Shown in pieces: positions 9,776-19,512 of a stretch of 51,076 nt of DNA. The notes below the pieces were generated by a model, which saw only the letters and a list, made by a program, of their open reading frames with translations, was not told the DNA's origin and did no database searches. Source of the stretch: Candidatus Yanofskybacteria bacterium. GTDB lineage: Bacteria > Patescibacteriota > Minisyncoccia > 2-02-FULL-40-12 > GWA2-44-9. The position numbers and the translations under genes are program-made. Where the stretch lies: positions 208,087 to 259,162 of the forward strand of contig DOSG01000008.1 of the NCBI GenBank assembly GCA_003514055.1, given 5' to 3'. Each line of letters opens with the position of its first letter. Positions within the stretch are counted from its first letter, which is position 1.

Positions 9776-11253
9776 ACGTACGATTCTTTAAATTTACCGC
9801 CAACAAGCTTATCCAATAATAAAATAGCAATCACATAAACGATCACCCCCGCGAAGATATAAGATATTAGAACTACGAAACTATCAATCGACTTAAATGA
9901 TCTGAGACTCGTCAGAACAAGACACATGATAGCGCTTCCAAGTAATGGTAGCATCGATTGGCCGATAATCGAAAAAGGATTAATTTTTATTTCCCGTACC
10001 AGCCTGTAGGCATATACTAACTGCGCCGCAAATAATCCTAGTAAGGCGGCGATGGCGGTACCAGTTATTCCATACATCCTCGTTAGTGGCGAGATAACTG
10101 CAAACAGAACTACAGCTTGGAAAGCCATGGTAATTATGGAAACATAGGGCTTGCCCACTCCCAAAAAGACCGGCCCAACTAAAAATTCAAATGATTTTAG
10201 TAACCCAAATAAAATAGCCACGTACAGAACCGGCACCATTGAGAGCCAACGCGACCCATACACGTACCTGACGATATCTGGCGCTAAAACAAACATGCCT
10301 ACAGAAGCTGGAATTATGATCGCCGAGATCATCCTAGCGATCCTCGTAAAAGCAAGACGCATCCTATCCTTGTCTTCTTGCATCTTGGCATAAAGAGGAA
10401 AAAATATAGCACCTAGAGTTTTAACGAATTCAACGGCTGGCAAGGTACCTAACGCGAATGCCATTTGATAAAAAGCTAGCTGATCTACTGACAATAATTT
10501 TCCTATCGCGAGAGAGTCTCCTCTTGTGGCGAAAAAGGAGACTATACCGCCTAGGGCTATCCATCTGCCGAATTTAAATAAATGCCAGGACCCTCCAAAA
10601 TCGAAATTTAACCGCGGCCTATACGGATGACACAAGTAGGAGAGAATCAAGTAGGCCAGCCTGCCGATAACAGCACCAATAACCATCGCCCAAGCGTTTT
10701 TAGATATTAGAGCCGCCAAAATTACCGCACCTATCTGAATCAAATTACCAAAAACGTCATAGAAAAACTGTCGGTTTAGGGCCAATTCTTTCTGGAGGAT
10801 TACTATGCCTATATTCTCAAGCCCCTCCATCAAGGCCAGAAGACCCAACACTCTTATCATCATGACGATGGCATCATTGTCAAAAAATCTTCCGAATAGA
10901 TTAGCGCTAAAGAACATAACCACAGCCAAAAATATCCCTCTTATAACATTCGCCGTCCAGGCATTATCCAAATATTTTCTAACATCCTTTTTCTCCTGTA
11001 TTATCGCCGAATTTATCCCAAGCTGAACAAATACGCTAACAGTACTAAGCCCTAGAGAAGCCAAGGCAAAAAGACCGATGTCGTGTGGGAAAATCAAACG
11101 CGCTACGATTATTGTCCTAACGAACTGGGAACCTTTCATTAGAGTTCTTTCGAAAAACAAAATCAAACCACCACGAGCCACCTGTTGGCCCATAGTTTCG
11201 GCTGTTTCCCAAACCCCAAAAAGTTTTTTCCAAATTCGAACAAAAAGTGTCAT
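9754..11253 (-). CDS. Wzx-like flippase (WzxC/PST family)
   Basis: 499 aa; IVARLIFPHDIGLFAL, LGINSAIIQ, GDSLAIGKLL...LAFYQMAF, YVYGSRW motifs. Confidence 0.9.
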   Translation of the reverse strand: MTLFVRIWKKLFGVWETAETMGQQVARGGLILFFERTLMKGSQFVRTIIVARLIFPHDIGLFALASLGLSTVSVFVQLGINSAIIQEKKDVRKYLDNAWTANVIRGIFLAVVMFFSANLFGRFFDNDAIVMMIRVLGLLALMEGLENIGIVILQKELALNRQFFYDVFGNLIQIGAVILAALISKNAWAMVIGAVIGRLAYLILSYLCHPYRPRLNFDFGGSWHLFKFGRWIALGGIVSFFATRGDSLAIGKLLSVDQLAFYQMAFALGTLPAVEFVKTLGAIFFPLYAKMQEDKDRMRLAFTRIARMISAIIIPASVGMFVLAPDIVRYVYGSRWLSMVPVLYVAILFGLLKSFEFLVGPVFLGVGKPYVSIITMAFQAVVLFAVISPLTRMYGITGTAIAALLGLFAAQLVYAYRLVREIKINPFSIIGQSMLPLLGSAIMCLVLTSLRSFKSIDSFVVLISYIFAGVIVYVIAILLLDKLVGGKFKESYVWIKINI

Positions 11254-11300
11254 ACTATTCTTTTAATGCTACACCGTAAATCTTCGTAAATTTAGACGCG

Positions 11301-11945
11301 TCAATCTTTTAATAAAATATATAGGTCTTCTTTCTTCAGACCATTCCCGTAAAAGAACCTACCCATTTGGAAATCGGCATACTCATCTACTCTGTCTTGA
11401 TATCTTTCAAGATTCTTCACGGCAATAGCGAAACAATATTATAGCAAGCGTGGTCGGCCTGAGATAATCGCCATAGCTCGATTTTATGTGTATGTTCTGA
11501 ATAACTGGAACGACCAACACAACCACGCCACTGCTTAACTCGCATAGATTCTTAAAAGCTGTCTGGAAATCAAGTACATGTTCGAGAGTAGTATGGTTGA
11601 AAACAACATCGAATCTCCCCCCACAAGTTCATTTCTGAGAGGAAGCATTAAATCTAGCCCCAGCTCTTCGACTCCAGAATCCACCATAGAACCGAATCCC
11701 TTTTGCTTTGACGGAGCGTTAGGCACGGCGTAGCTAAGCTTCCTGGTAAGATATTCCCGATAATAACCACCTTCCTTGTCTCGGTCATCCCAGCCAGAAA
11801 CATTGATAACGCTACCATCAAGAACAGGAGCGTATTCCCGAAGCATTTCATTCGAAAAATGCCTGGCATTTACTAAAGATTTATCTAAAACTCTATTGGC
11901 GATTCCTCGTACGCATCTATGGAAAAAAAATAATATTTTAGACAT
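11301..11945 (-). pseudogene. Frameshifted methyltransferase-like gene (two lesions)
   Basis: From ATG 11945 (MSKIL...VINVSGWDDRDKEGG). The frame breaks at a G6 run (11617-11622); the shifted frame continues RFDVVFNHTTLEHVLDFQTAFKNLCELSSGVVVLVVPVIQNIHIKSSYGDYLRPTTLA. A second shift gives FAIAVKNLERYQDRVDEYADFQMGRFFYGNGLKKEDLYILLKD* ending at 11301. The track ORF 11535..12008 is the out-of-frame product. Confidence 0.8.
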
Positions 11946-12026
11946 GGTGATTGTCGGCAAACTCGCCTTGGGTTGGCGGTATCTCTGATGATTATGAGCT
12001 GGAATCATGATAAGTCGATATTTAAA

Positions 12027-12812
12027 CTATTTTTGACCCACAATCACTATCTCAAATCCAAAATTTCTTGAGAAAAATCGATTAGTATATTTATCTAAAA
12101 TTTTAGAAATCCTATTGACTACGCGACCTAATAGGCTAAAAAACTGATGATGGTTTCTCAATCTGAATATCCCATAGCCCACATAAAACCCATCGGTGGC
12201 GATAATTCTTATGTTCTCTTTTTCCATTACTTCTTTTAGCTCCTGTCTTGAAAATGATTTTTCGTATCCATATACATATTTTCTACCTGTCAGCGTAAGA
12301 AACCGCTTGTATAAAGTATGAAAATTCCAAAAATTGACCACCGCAATCACTATCCTCCCACCAGGCTTAGTGATTCTTCGTATCTCTTGGATCGCTTTCC
12401 GATAGTCGTGAAGATGTTGAATCACCAAATCCGAGAAGACGACATCAAAATGATCATTGGGGAAAGCGCTCGCCAAGATGTCATCTTTCTGAAACGATAC
12501 ATTCTCGATTCCCGCTTCCACCGCAAGTCTTCGAGGGATCGAAAGGGCTTCGTCCAGGATGTCCGAAATTGTAATAGAACTTTTCGAGAAATCTTGAGCC
12601 AACCTTAAGCCATATTTCCCCGTTCCACAACCGACATCAAGCAAATTATTAAATTTGCTCGGGATATATTTTTTAATAACTGGGAATGCTTCAGGGAAAA
12701 TACGACTGCTAAAAATTTCTCGCAAGCTTAATCCACGCGCCATCTCCCATTTTTCCTTCCAGATTTTATTAATATTTTCCTGAACTTGTTGTTCCGACAT
12801 GTTCATTACCAT
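12027..12812 (-). CDS. Class I SAM-dependent methyltransferase
   Basis: LLDVGCGTGKYG, FPNDHFDVVFSDLVIQH, RITKPGG. Confidence 0.92.
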   Translation of the reverse strand: MVMNMSEQQVQENINKIWKEKWEMARGLSLREIFSSRIFPEAFPVIKKYIPSKFNNLLDVGCGTGKYGLRLAQDFSKSSITISDILDEALSIPRRLAVEAGIENVSFQKDDILASAFPNDHFDVVFSDLVIQHLHDYRKAIQEIRRITKPGGRIVIAVVNFWNFHTLYKRFLTLTGRKYVYGYEKSFSRQELKEVMEKENIRIIATDGFYVGYGIFRLRNHHQFFSLLGRVVNRISKILDKYTNRFFSRNFGFEIVIVGQK

Positions 12813-14495
12813 CTAAGTTTTACGCATAAGGCCAAATCCAAAAGAAGTGTGATAGTCCCTTATCTCGTTTTTATTTATAAAGTCCATAAAGGCATTATTG
12901 TGTTTAATATCGTCAGATAATAAAAATCCACCACGTGATACATGCGGCCAAACTGCCACATATTCAAATGTCATATTTTGATAACTATGATCGCTATCGT
13001 GATAAAAAATGTTAACGGAACCAAGCTTACTAAGAAGCTCTGGTAGTTTCTCTCTGGACTTACCCAAAATCAATTCCCATCGACTTCTTAATTCTTGAGG
13101 TACAAGCCAACCAGGCATCTCCCCCTCTGGCACGAACCCCTTAAACTCCGGGCGGCCAGTATCTGCGACGAACATTTCTGGAGAGTCCCCCTTAAAGTAT
13201 TGTGGGAAGTCTATCGAGTATAACTTTCCTTTTTTGTTTTCATTCAATGCTTGCAAAATCGCCCAGCTCGAGCGGCCGCTCGCTACTCCAGTTTCTATAA
13301 TTACCTCCGGCCTCATGAGTCGAATCAACACATAAAGCATCATAACTTCAAAATCACCTGCATGACCGAAAGAAAATTTCTTCTTCATGAAGTCTTTGGT
13401 TTGGACAATATTCACCATATCTCTCATCGTTTTCGTATCTCCATACAATGAGTTGATTATCCTTTGTAATGATGCGATTACCTTATTTCTTTCGACATAC
13501 CTGGCCAATATTGTTTTTAGGTACATCTTTTTAAGTATTCTCTTCAAAAATACGCCGCCCAGCATAGAGATAAATCCGCGGACATATTCGACTCTTGGAT
13601 AAGTGAAGAATGCTTTGGCAAAGTATTCCAGCGATTTTATTCGCTGCTTGTTGTCTTTATACAAAAGGGCAAGCTCTGAATAGCGGCGAGAGAGCTGGCG
13701 CGGGTGTTTCCGATAATCAATGTCGTGCTTTTGGATAAACACATGCAGGCCCAAGATTCTATTCGGTAAATTACTCGGCCCGCCAAGCTGATTGCCGTGA
13801 ACATGTAACTTTAGCAAGACCTGGTTGATGGAATAGAATTTAACCTTCGCCTTAGCCATGCGTAAGGTTAAGTCCCATTCCTGATTTTTGAGTAATTTCT
13901 CGTCAAATAAAAATCCTCTATCCAAAACATTCTTTCTGGCTAAAATAGAGCTGGTCCATGCAAATGACTTGTTTAAAACGTCTAGATATGGCTCAATCAA
14001 TCCTTCTCTGCTGTATTTATTGAGATACAAGCGCTTATCATTCTCGCCAACCGCCTCAAAACCACAGAAACACAAACCAGCTTCTGGATTTTCAGTCAAA
14101 GCTCTTACTTGCAGTTCAAGTTTCAGAGGCAGCCACTCATCGTCATCGTCTAGAAAAGCTATGAATTCGCCGGCTGAGTTCTTGATGCCGGTATTGCGCG
14201 CGGCTGGCGCACCACACTCTTGCTCGTGGGGTATGTATCTAATACGATTGTCACTAAATGATTTAGCCACATCGCGAGCTCGTTCATGCACACCGTCGTC
14301 AACAATAATAATCTCAAAGTCTTGGTATGTTTGGACCAGCACGGAATTAACCGCTCGCTTGAGCATCGCCGGCCGATTATGGGTTGGAATGATAACGGAA
14401 ACTTTAGGCATTATTGGATGTGATATTCTCTTTAATGTCGCGTAGTCTTTTCTCGACAACGAAAAGTCAACGAATCCTTTCTCTCCGACGACCAA
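12813..14495 (-). CDS. GT2 glycosyltransferase fused to a C-terminal class I methyltransferase (Methyltransf_24-like)
   Basis: N-terminal VSVIIPTHNR, DDG, AARNTG, AFLDDDD; C-terminal IIETGVASGRSS, LYSID, FYHDSDHSY, LSDD. True start is probably ATG 14411 (MPKVSV). Confidence 0.88.
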   Translation of the reverse strand: MVVGEKGFVDFSLSRKDYATLKRISHPIMPKVSVIIPTHNRPAMLKRAVNSVLVQTYQDFEIIIVDDGVHERARDVAKSFSDNRIRYIPHEQECGAPAARNTGIKNSAGEFIAFLDDDDEWLPLKLELQVRALTENPEAGLCFCGFEAVGENDKRLYLNKYSREGLIEPYLDVLNKSFAWTSSILARKNVLDRGFLFDEKLLKNQEWDLTLRMAKAKVKFYSINQVLLKLHVHGNQLGGPSNLPNRILGLHVFIQKHDIDYRKHPRQLSRRYSELALLYKDNKQRIKSLEYFAKAFFTYPRVEYVRGFISMLGGVFLKRILKKMYLKTILARYVERNKVIASLQRIINSLYGDTKTMRDMVNIVQTKDFMKKKFSFGHAGDFEVMMLYVLIRLMRPEVIIETGVASGRSSWAILQALNENKKGKLYSIDFPQYFKGDSPEMFVADTGRPEFKGFVPEGEMPGWLVPQELRSRWELILGKSREKLPELLSKLGSVNIFYHDSDHSYQNMTFEYVAVWPHVSRGGFLLSDDIKHNNAFMDFINKNEIRDYHTSFGFGLMRKT

Positions 14496-14504
14496 AATTA
14501 TTTT

Positions 14505-15533
14505 CTATTTATTACGAACCGACTCCCTAAAGACGTTCTCCAATTTATCGGTCAACTCTTGCCAGGTCGGTAGATTTCGCACGTGAATCAGAGCGTTATT
14601 TGCTATTTTTCTTCTCAGATTGGGATATGCTATTAATTCTTCTAATTTGTTCGATAAGTCTTCGGCATCGCCCTTCTTCGCGATGAGAGCCGTCTCTCGA
14701 TCATGCACATAGTCACCAACACTCACGTTATCATAGATAGCGAGTGCCGCACAAGCTGCCATCGCCCACCGATGAGCGATGGGGCGACTATCATCGATGG
14801 AACAGCCCAGATATATATCAGAGTTGGCAAAAAGGCGAGCTAACTTTTCACCAACGACATCGTAGTGATACTCGTCACAAGATTCATTGATATTCTTAAT
14901 TCTTGTTCCATAAAGGATTAACCGCACGTTCGGATATTTTTTTTGCAAGTTTCTTACTATGGCGACACCCTCCTTGGTTCTCTTCCATTTGTAATCATGA
15001 TGGAGCATAAGAACTCGTATAGTAGTATCATCCGGCCGTCTATCTCTCTTCCTAGGATTGAAAAGGTCGCAATCGACTGCGTTAAAGAGAACTTCAGTCT
15101 CTTGGTTAAACTCATTTTTGAATATTTCATACAGCCAGGTTCCATTCACGAATTTTTTGAAAGGAAGCCGATAGACCTTGTCCACGATAGCTGGATCTCC
15201 ATGGTACATCCTTTCGTCATGCTGTATATATTGAAACTTTACGCCGTGAGTGCTAATAGCTTGCAATTTCTGGGCAACTTTCCATGAATCTGCGAAAAAA
15301 ACATCCGCATCACGAAGATCAGAAAAATTTTTGACCCTAGTTATTCTAACTCTACTAGTTTTTGATAAAAGAGGATGACTATTAAATAGATTTCTTATAT
15401 ATCGAGTCGGGCTCCCACTTTCGACGGCGACGATTACATCATGTCCCCTTTTAGATAGTTCATCCGCAAAGGTCATCGAAACACTCACTCCCCCCGCAAG
15501 TTTTAAATGTGGAACTAAAATATTAATTTTCAT
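14505..15533 (-). CDS. GT4 glycosyltransferase
   Basis: LAGGVSV N-terminus, YIQHDE, NAVDCDLF, AMAACAALA, AEDLSNKLEELI. Confidence 0.85.
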   Translation of the reverse strand: MKINILVPHLKLAGGVSVSMTFADELSKRGHDVIVAVESGSPTRYIRNLFNSHPLLSKTSRVRITRVKNFSDLRDADVFFADSWKVAQKLQAISTHGVKFQYIQHDERMYHGDPAIVDKVYRLPFKKFVNGTWLYEIFKNEFNQETEVLFNAVDCDLFNPRKRDRRPDDTTIRVLMLHHDYKWKRTKEGVAIVRNLQKKYPNVRLILYGTRIKNINESCDEYHYDVVGEKLARLFANSDIYLGCSIDDSRPIAHRWAMAACAALAIYDNVSVGDYVHDRETALIAKKGDAEDLSNKLEELIAYPNLRRKIANNALIHVRNLPTWQELTDKLENVFRESVRNK

Positions 15534-15540
15534 ATTAAAA

Positions 15541-16095
15541 CTAAAACAATTTAGCCTCCGGCCTGTCCAACCAGCTAGCTAATGTCTGAGCCTTGGCGTC
15601 TTTTTCGGAAAGTATTGGCGTCTCTATCGGCCATTTAATACCTATGGCAGGATCATTCCAAAGAATCCCCGATTCAGCATTCTTGTTGTATTCTCCCGTG
15701 CACTTATACTGAACTTCCGCCACGTCACTCAAAACGCAAAACCCCCTAGCAAATCCGGCCGGAGCGTAAACCTGTTTTCTGTTTTCAGCACTTGCCTCTA
15801 CCCCAATCCACTTACCGACGGTGGGCGAGTCCTTTCTTATATCTACTGCGACAAGAAAAGCACTTCCCACGGTGACTCGCATGAGCTTCCCCATCGGCGG
15901 CTCCCACTGAAAGTGAAGTCCTCTTAGAACATTCCTAGCCGACCTTGAATGATTGTCTTGGACGAAATCCTCCCCAATCCCCAGCTCTTTAAATAGGCTT
16001 TTCTTATAAACCTCGACAAAAAAACCTCGCTCATCTCCCATCACTTCAGGGGTCACGATAAGAATGTCGGCTATTTCCGTTTTTTCTATGGTCAT
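15541..16095 (-). CDS. rfbC: dTDP-4-dehydrorhamnose 3,5-epimerase
   Basis: GDERGFFVE, FVQDNHSRS, VLRGLHFQ, AVDIRKDSPT, GFARGF, YKCT, GILWNDPAIGIKWP. Confidence 0.96.
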   Translation of the reverse strand: MTIEKTEIADILIVTPEVMGDERGFFVEVYKKSLFKELGIGEDFVQDNHSRSARNVLRGLHFQWEPPMGKLMRVTVGSAFLVAVDIRKDSPTVGKWIGVEASAENRKQVYAPAGFARGFCVLSDVAEVQYKCTGEYNKNAESGILWNDPAIGIKWPIETPILSEKDAKAQTLASWLDRPEAKLF

Positions 16096-16096
16096 T

Positions 16097-17068
16097 TTAT
16101 AATTTTATTCCTTTAGACATAATCTTGTTAAAGACTTTTATATTATAAAATCGGTCATCCCCATAGCTTATTCCGGGCTTAATATTTTTATTTAAGTCTC
16201 CCAGAATTTCCTCTATTGATCCGCTGAAATTAAAGCCGAACTTTTTCTTTATTTTTTGAGTTGAAACTCTGTAATTTCTAAAACTCTTTTTCTTGTTCCA
16301 TTCAATGGCGATCTTCTTGTTATGATGATCTAAAAAATAACTTTGGACTCGCTTCGCGACCTCTCCAACTTTAAAATTACCAGAGCTAAGATTGTATACA
16401 CCGGAAATATTTTTCCTGGATTCTATCGCGAATACATAGGCACTAATGGCATCGGACATCGACAGTAGTGGCCTCCAGATATTTGGATTATCAACGGTTA
16501 TTTTTCCAACAGTCTGCGCCCGCATATACATCGTATTGACCATTAGATCAAACCTCATTCTAGGACTAAAACCAGATAAGGTGCCCTGTCTAAAGCATAC
16601 AACGTCAAACTTGCTATCGGAAAATTTTCTGACAGCGAACTCCCCCTGCCACTTCGAAATACCATACGGATAGATGCTTATAGTTTCTGAATTCTCGGTA
16701 TTAATTTTATCTACGCTATTACCATATATTGAACAAGAACTTGCATATATAAATCTGGGTACTCCTGCTCTTTTCGCGATATAGGCCAGGTAGCTTGGGC
16801 TAGAACCATTGTAAATAAAATTTAAAGACGGAGAAAATTCGGCCATTGGATCGTTAGATAAGCCAGCTAAAAAAACAACGGCGTCGAAGCCTCTTACGCG
16901 CTCTTCTTTCAAGGAGAAAATGTCTCCCTTAATTTTTTCTACCTTCTTGTCCAAAAAATCTCCGAACCAGAAGAGATCTAAAACCGTCACCTTATGCCCT
17001 TTGTCCGCTAAATAGTTCGAGAGCCTTGTCCCGATGTATCCAGCGCCACCAGCAATTAATATTTTCAT
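16097..17068 (-). CDS. NAD-dependent epimerase/dehydratase (extended SDR)
   Basis: GGAGYIG, LAGLSNDP, ASSCSIYG, YGISK (YxxxK), RMRFDLMVN. Confidence 0.92.
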   Translation of the reverse strand: MKILIAGGAGYIGTRLSNYLADKGHKVTVLDLFWFGDFLDKKVEKIKGDIFSLKEERVRGFDAVVFLAGLSNDPMAEFSPSLNFIYNGSSPSYLAYIAKRAGVPRFIYASSCSIYGNSVDKINTENSETISIYPYGISKWQGEFAVRKFSDSKFDVVCFRQGTLSGFSPRMRFDLMVNTMYMRAQTVGKITVDNPNIWRPLLSMSDAISAYVFAIESRKNISGVYNLSSGNFKVGEVAKRVQSYFLDHHNKKIAIEWNKKKSFRNYRVSTQKIKKKFGFNFSGSIEEILGDLNKNIKPGISYGDDRFYNIKVFNKIMSKGIKL

Positions 17069-17071
17069 AGA

Positions 17072-17788
17072 TTAGATACTTTTTAAAATTTCCTTTAATT
17101 TTTTCGTATTCATCGATGTGTCCCTTGGCACGAAAAACATCGCCTCTCTTCTCGTAATATTCTTGACATCTTTTTTCCCAAGCATCTTTGCGAGCTGTTT
17201 TACGGTTTTCCTCTTTGTTCCAACATTGATAACCCCCAACGCTCCGCTTATTTTAGCTAGTTTTAGAATATGTGGAGCTATGATCTTCAAGCTATCTCTT
17301 GATGTATATTGATCGATAAATGCCCTATCGTAGGGAAAAACATCGGGAGAAAAGGATGTTCTTACTATTAAAGAATTGTCGTAGGCCCGCACCACGCATT
17401 CTCCGCCCAGCTTAGACCAAGCATATATATTTTGCGGCAGCAATTCATCTTCCTCAATATAGCCACCTCTATCTCCTTTATACACGTAGTCTGTCGATAT
17501 GTAAATCAGCTTTATACCGTTTTTAGCGCACTCGCGTGCGACGTTAAAGGTACCCACCACATTTACAAGCATTGCCAAAATTGGTTCATTATTACACTGC
17601 ATTGGGCCCGTCAACGCTGCACAATGAATAAAAACGCTTGGTCTGTGTTTCTCGATCGCCCTAGAGACGGATTCAGGCTTTGAGATGTCCATCTCCCTAT
17701 GCGTGGGCGCGCATATCTTACCATCTAAGGATTTTAAATATTTACCAAGACGACCGCTACCTCCGGAAATTAATATTTTATTTTTCAT
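17072..17788 (-). CDS. rfbD: dTDP-4-dehydrorhamnose reductase-like (RmlD family), short form
   Basis: ISGGSGRLG, IHCAALT, IYISTDYVY, PQNIYAWSKLGGE; 238 aa is shorter than a canonical RmlD, so substrate is uncertain. Confidence 0.7.
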   Translation of the reverse strand: MKNKILISGGSGRLGKYLKSLDGKICAPTHREMDISKPESVSRAIEKHRPSVFIHCAALTGPMQCNNEPILAMLVNVVGTFNVARECAKNGIKLIYISTDYVYKGDRGGYIEEDELLPQNIYAWSKLGGECVVRAYDNSLIVRTSFSPDVFPYDRAFIDQYTSRDSLKIIAPHILKLAKISGALGVINVGTKRKTVKQLAKMLGKKDVKNITRREAMFFVPRDTSMNTKKLKEILKSI

Positions 17789-18872
17789 ATTTTATTTTAT
17801 TTATCAGATCGCCGACCACGAATTCCGGCATTAATTTTTTATCAAATAATTCTTTAGCATTCGCAACTATTGTTTTATATAGATCAGGATTTTGCTTTAT
17901 TAATAGAATTTTTTTGGCTAAATCATCGGCACTCTCTCGCTGACACAAAATAATATTCTTATCGTTCTCGAATACTTCTCTTATCGCCAAAGAGTCCTCT
18001 GTAATGACTGGCCTATCTAGCGCGATCGCTTCGTATAATTTATTGGGGATAACTCTTTTAGCTTTCTCCGAACCGCCAAATATTCCGAGAGAGATATCGC
18101 AAATATCTATATACTTGGCCACATCTTCGTAAGAAACCCTATCTATAAAATTTATATTTTTAATATCCAGGCTAGAAGATAGGCGCCGCACTTCTTTGTA
18201 TGTCTGTCCACTACCGATTAAATTGAATTTAATATCCTGATAGGTCTCGAGTTTCTTAGCTGCCAGGACCACATTCTCTACCCCCTGAAGGGGGATGTAT
18301 CTGCCATGAAAATTTACAAGAAAAATATTTTTGTCTTTTTTCATTATGCGTCCGCTCCTTGCCATCGATACAAGAAGATTCTTGTCTGCGCCCACCAACA
18401 CTCTGATAAATTTATTTTTGTCTGCGCTGAACAGATCGCAGAAATATTCTATATGGGCGTTTGTGTCTAATAAGATGTAATCAGCTAGATAGCATCCCAT
18501 CCAATCAATGAACCAATAATACGCAGCCTTTAAGCTCTTTCTGCCTATCAAATTTCTATCATTCACATAGGTATCATATATAGAATAATGCGCATCCCAA
18601 AAAATGGGCTTACTTGATATCGCCTTGATTAACAATACTAGCCATCTAGACGTATCTGAAGAGCCGACAATAATAAAATCTGATTTTCTGTGACTATTTA
18701 AGTATGCTTGGGTTAATTTAATAAATTTCAAAAAACGATTTTTCGTTGAGAAATTGCAAAGTGAGACCTCTAAGCCATTAGCCCTAAGGCCCTCTACGAT
18801 GACGCTATTCCTGATATACCGAGGATTAAAATCTCCAAAATAACAAATGTTCATATTATTTTTTATTGGCAA
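17778..18872 (-). CDS. GT4 glycosyltransferase
   Basis: FHGRYIPLQGVE, DISLGIFG, KRVIPNKLYEAIA. Confidence 0.9.
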   Translation of the reverse strand: MPIKNNMNICYFGDFNPRYIRNSVIVEGLRANGLEVSLCNFSTKNRFLKFIKLTQAYLNSHRKSDFIIVGSSDTSRWLVLLIKAISSKPIFWDAHYSIYDTYVNDRNLIGRKSLKAAYYWFIDWMGCYLADYILLDTNAHIEYFCDLFSADKNKFIRVLVGADKNLLVSMARSGRIMKKDKNIFLVNFHGRYIPLQGVENVVLAAKKLETYQDIKFNLIGSGQTYKEVRRLSSSLDIKNINFIDRVSYEDVAKYIDICDISLGIFGGSEKAKRVIPNKLYEAIALDRPVITEDSLAIREVFENDKNIILCQRESADDLAKKILLIKQNPDLYKTIVANAKELFDKKLMPEFVVGDLINKIKYEK

Positions 18873-19512
18873 CTAGATAATAGCCACTTGTTAGAATATT
18901 GTTTTCTCTAGATTGCTTTCTTATATCGCCAAACTCATCTCTTATTAAAGATGGCATTGCATTTATGAGTCTAGCCAGAGCAAATACCATGATCTTTGTC
19001 GCCATGCCACCGAGTAAATCCGTTTGAAAACCAATTCTTTGCAGTAAAACGGCAAACGCATCCTTCGTTCCCACCTCTTCCACCAAGCTGATTACATTCC
19101 AATCTTTAAAAAGATATCTCAGTCCATATTTGGTATATCTAAAGTAATCTCCAGGAGCATCGTGAATCGGAAAAATAAACCTAGTTGTGAGTATGAGCTT
19201 GCCTCCAACTTTAAGCACCCTCTTCATCTCAGATATAGCCACATGCGGAGAATGCAGATGCTCAAGGACCTCTGTGCATAAAATTATATCAAACTTACCA
19301 TCTTCAAAAGGCAAATCATGAGCATCCGCCACGACATCGACCCCCCTACCTTTATTTACGTCCAGACCGATCCTATTCTTGAAATAATGAGAATAAGGAG
19401 AGTTCGAACATCCTAGGTCTAGCGTTAATCTATCCGAGCTATTCTCTGATATAAATTTTTCCAACTCAACACGTGTTATTTTTCTAGTCAGAAACTTATT
19501 TAGAGATTTCAT
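18856..19512 (-). CDS. Class I SAM-dependent methyltransferase
   Basis: TLDLGCSNSPY, VVADAHDLPFEDGKFD, CTEVLEH, HDAPGDYFRYT. Confidence 0.92.
   Translation of the reverse strand: MKSLNKFLTRKITRVELEKFISENSSDRLTLDLGCSNSPYSHYFKNRIGLDVNKGRGVDVVADAHDLPFEDGKFDIILCTEVLEHLHSPHVAISEMKRVLKVGGKLILTTRFIFPIHDAPGDYFRYTKYGLRYLFKDWNVISLVEEVGTKDAFAVLLQRIGFQTDLLGGMATKIMVFALARLINAMPSLIRDEFGDIRKQSRENNILTSGYYLVANKK

Noticed and set aside
13888-14445. 185-aa + strand ORF
   Set aside because: Antisense shadow of a well-supported GT2; no motif.
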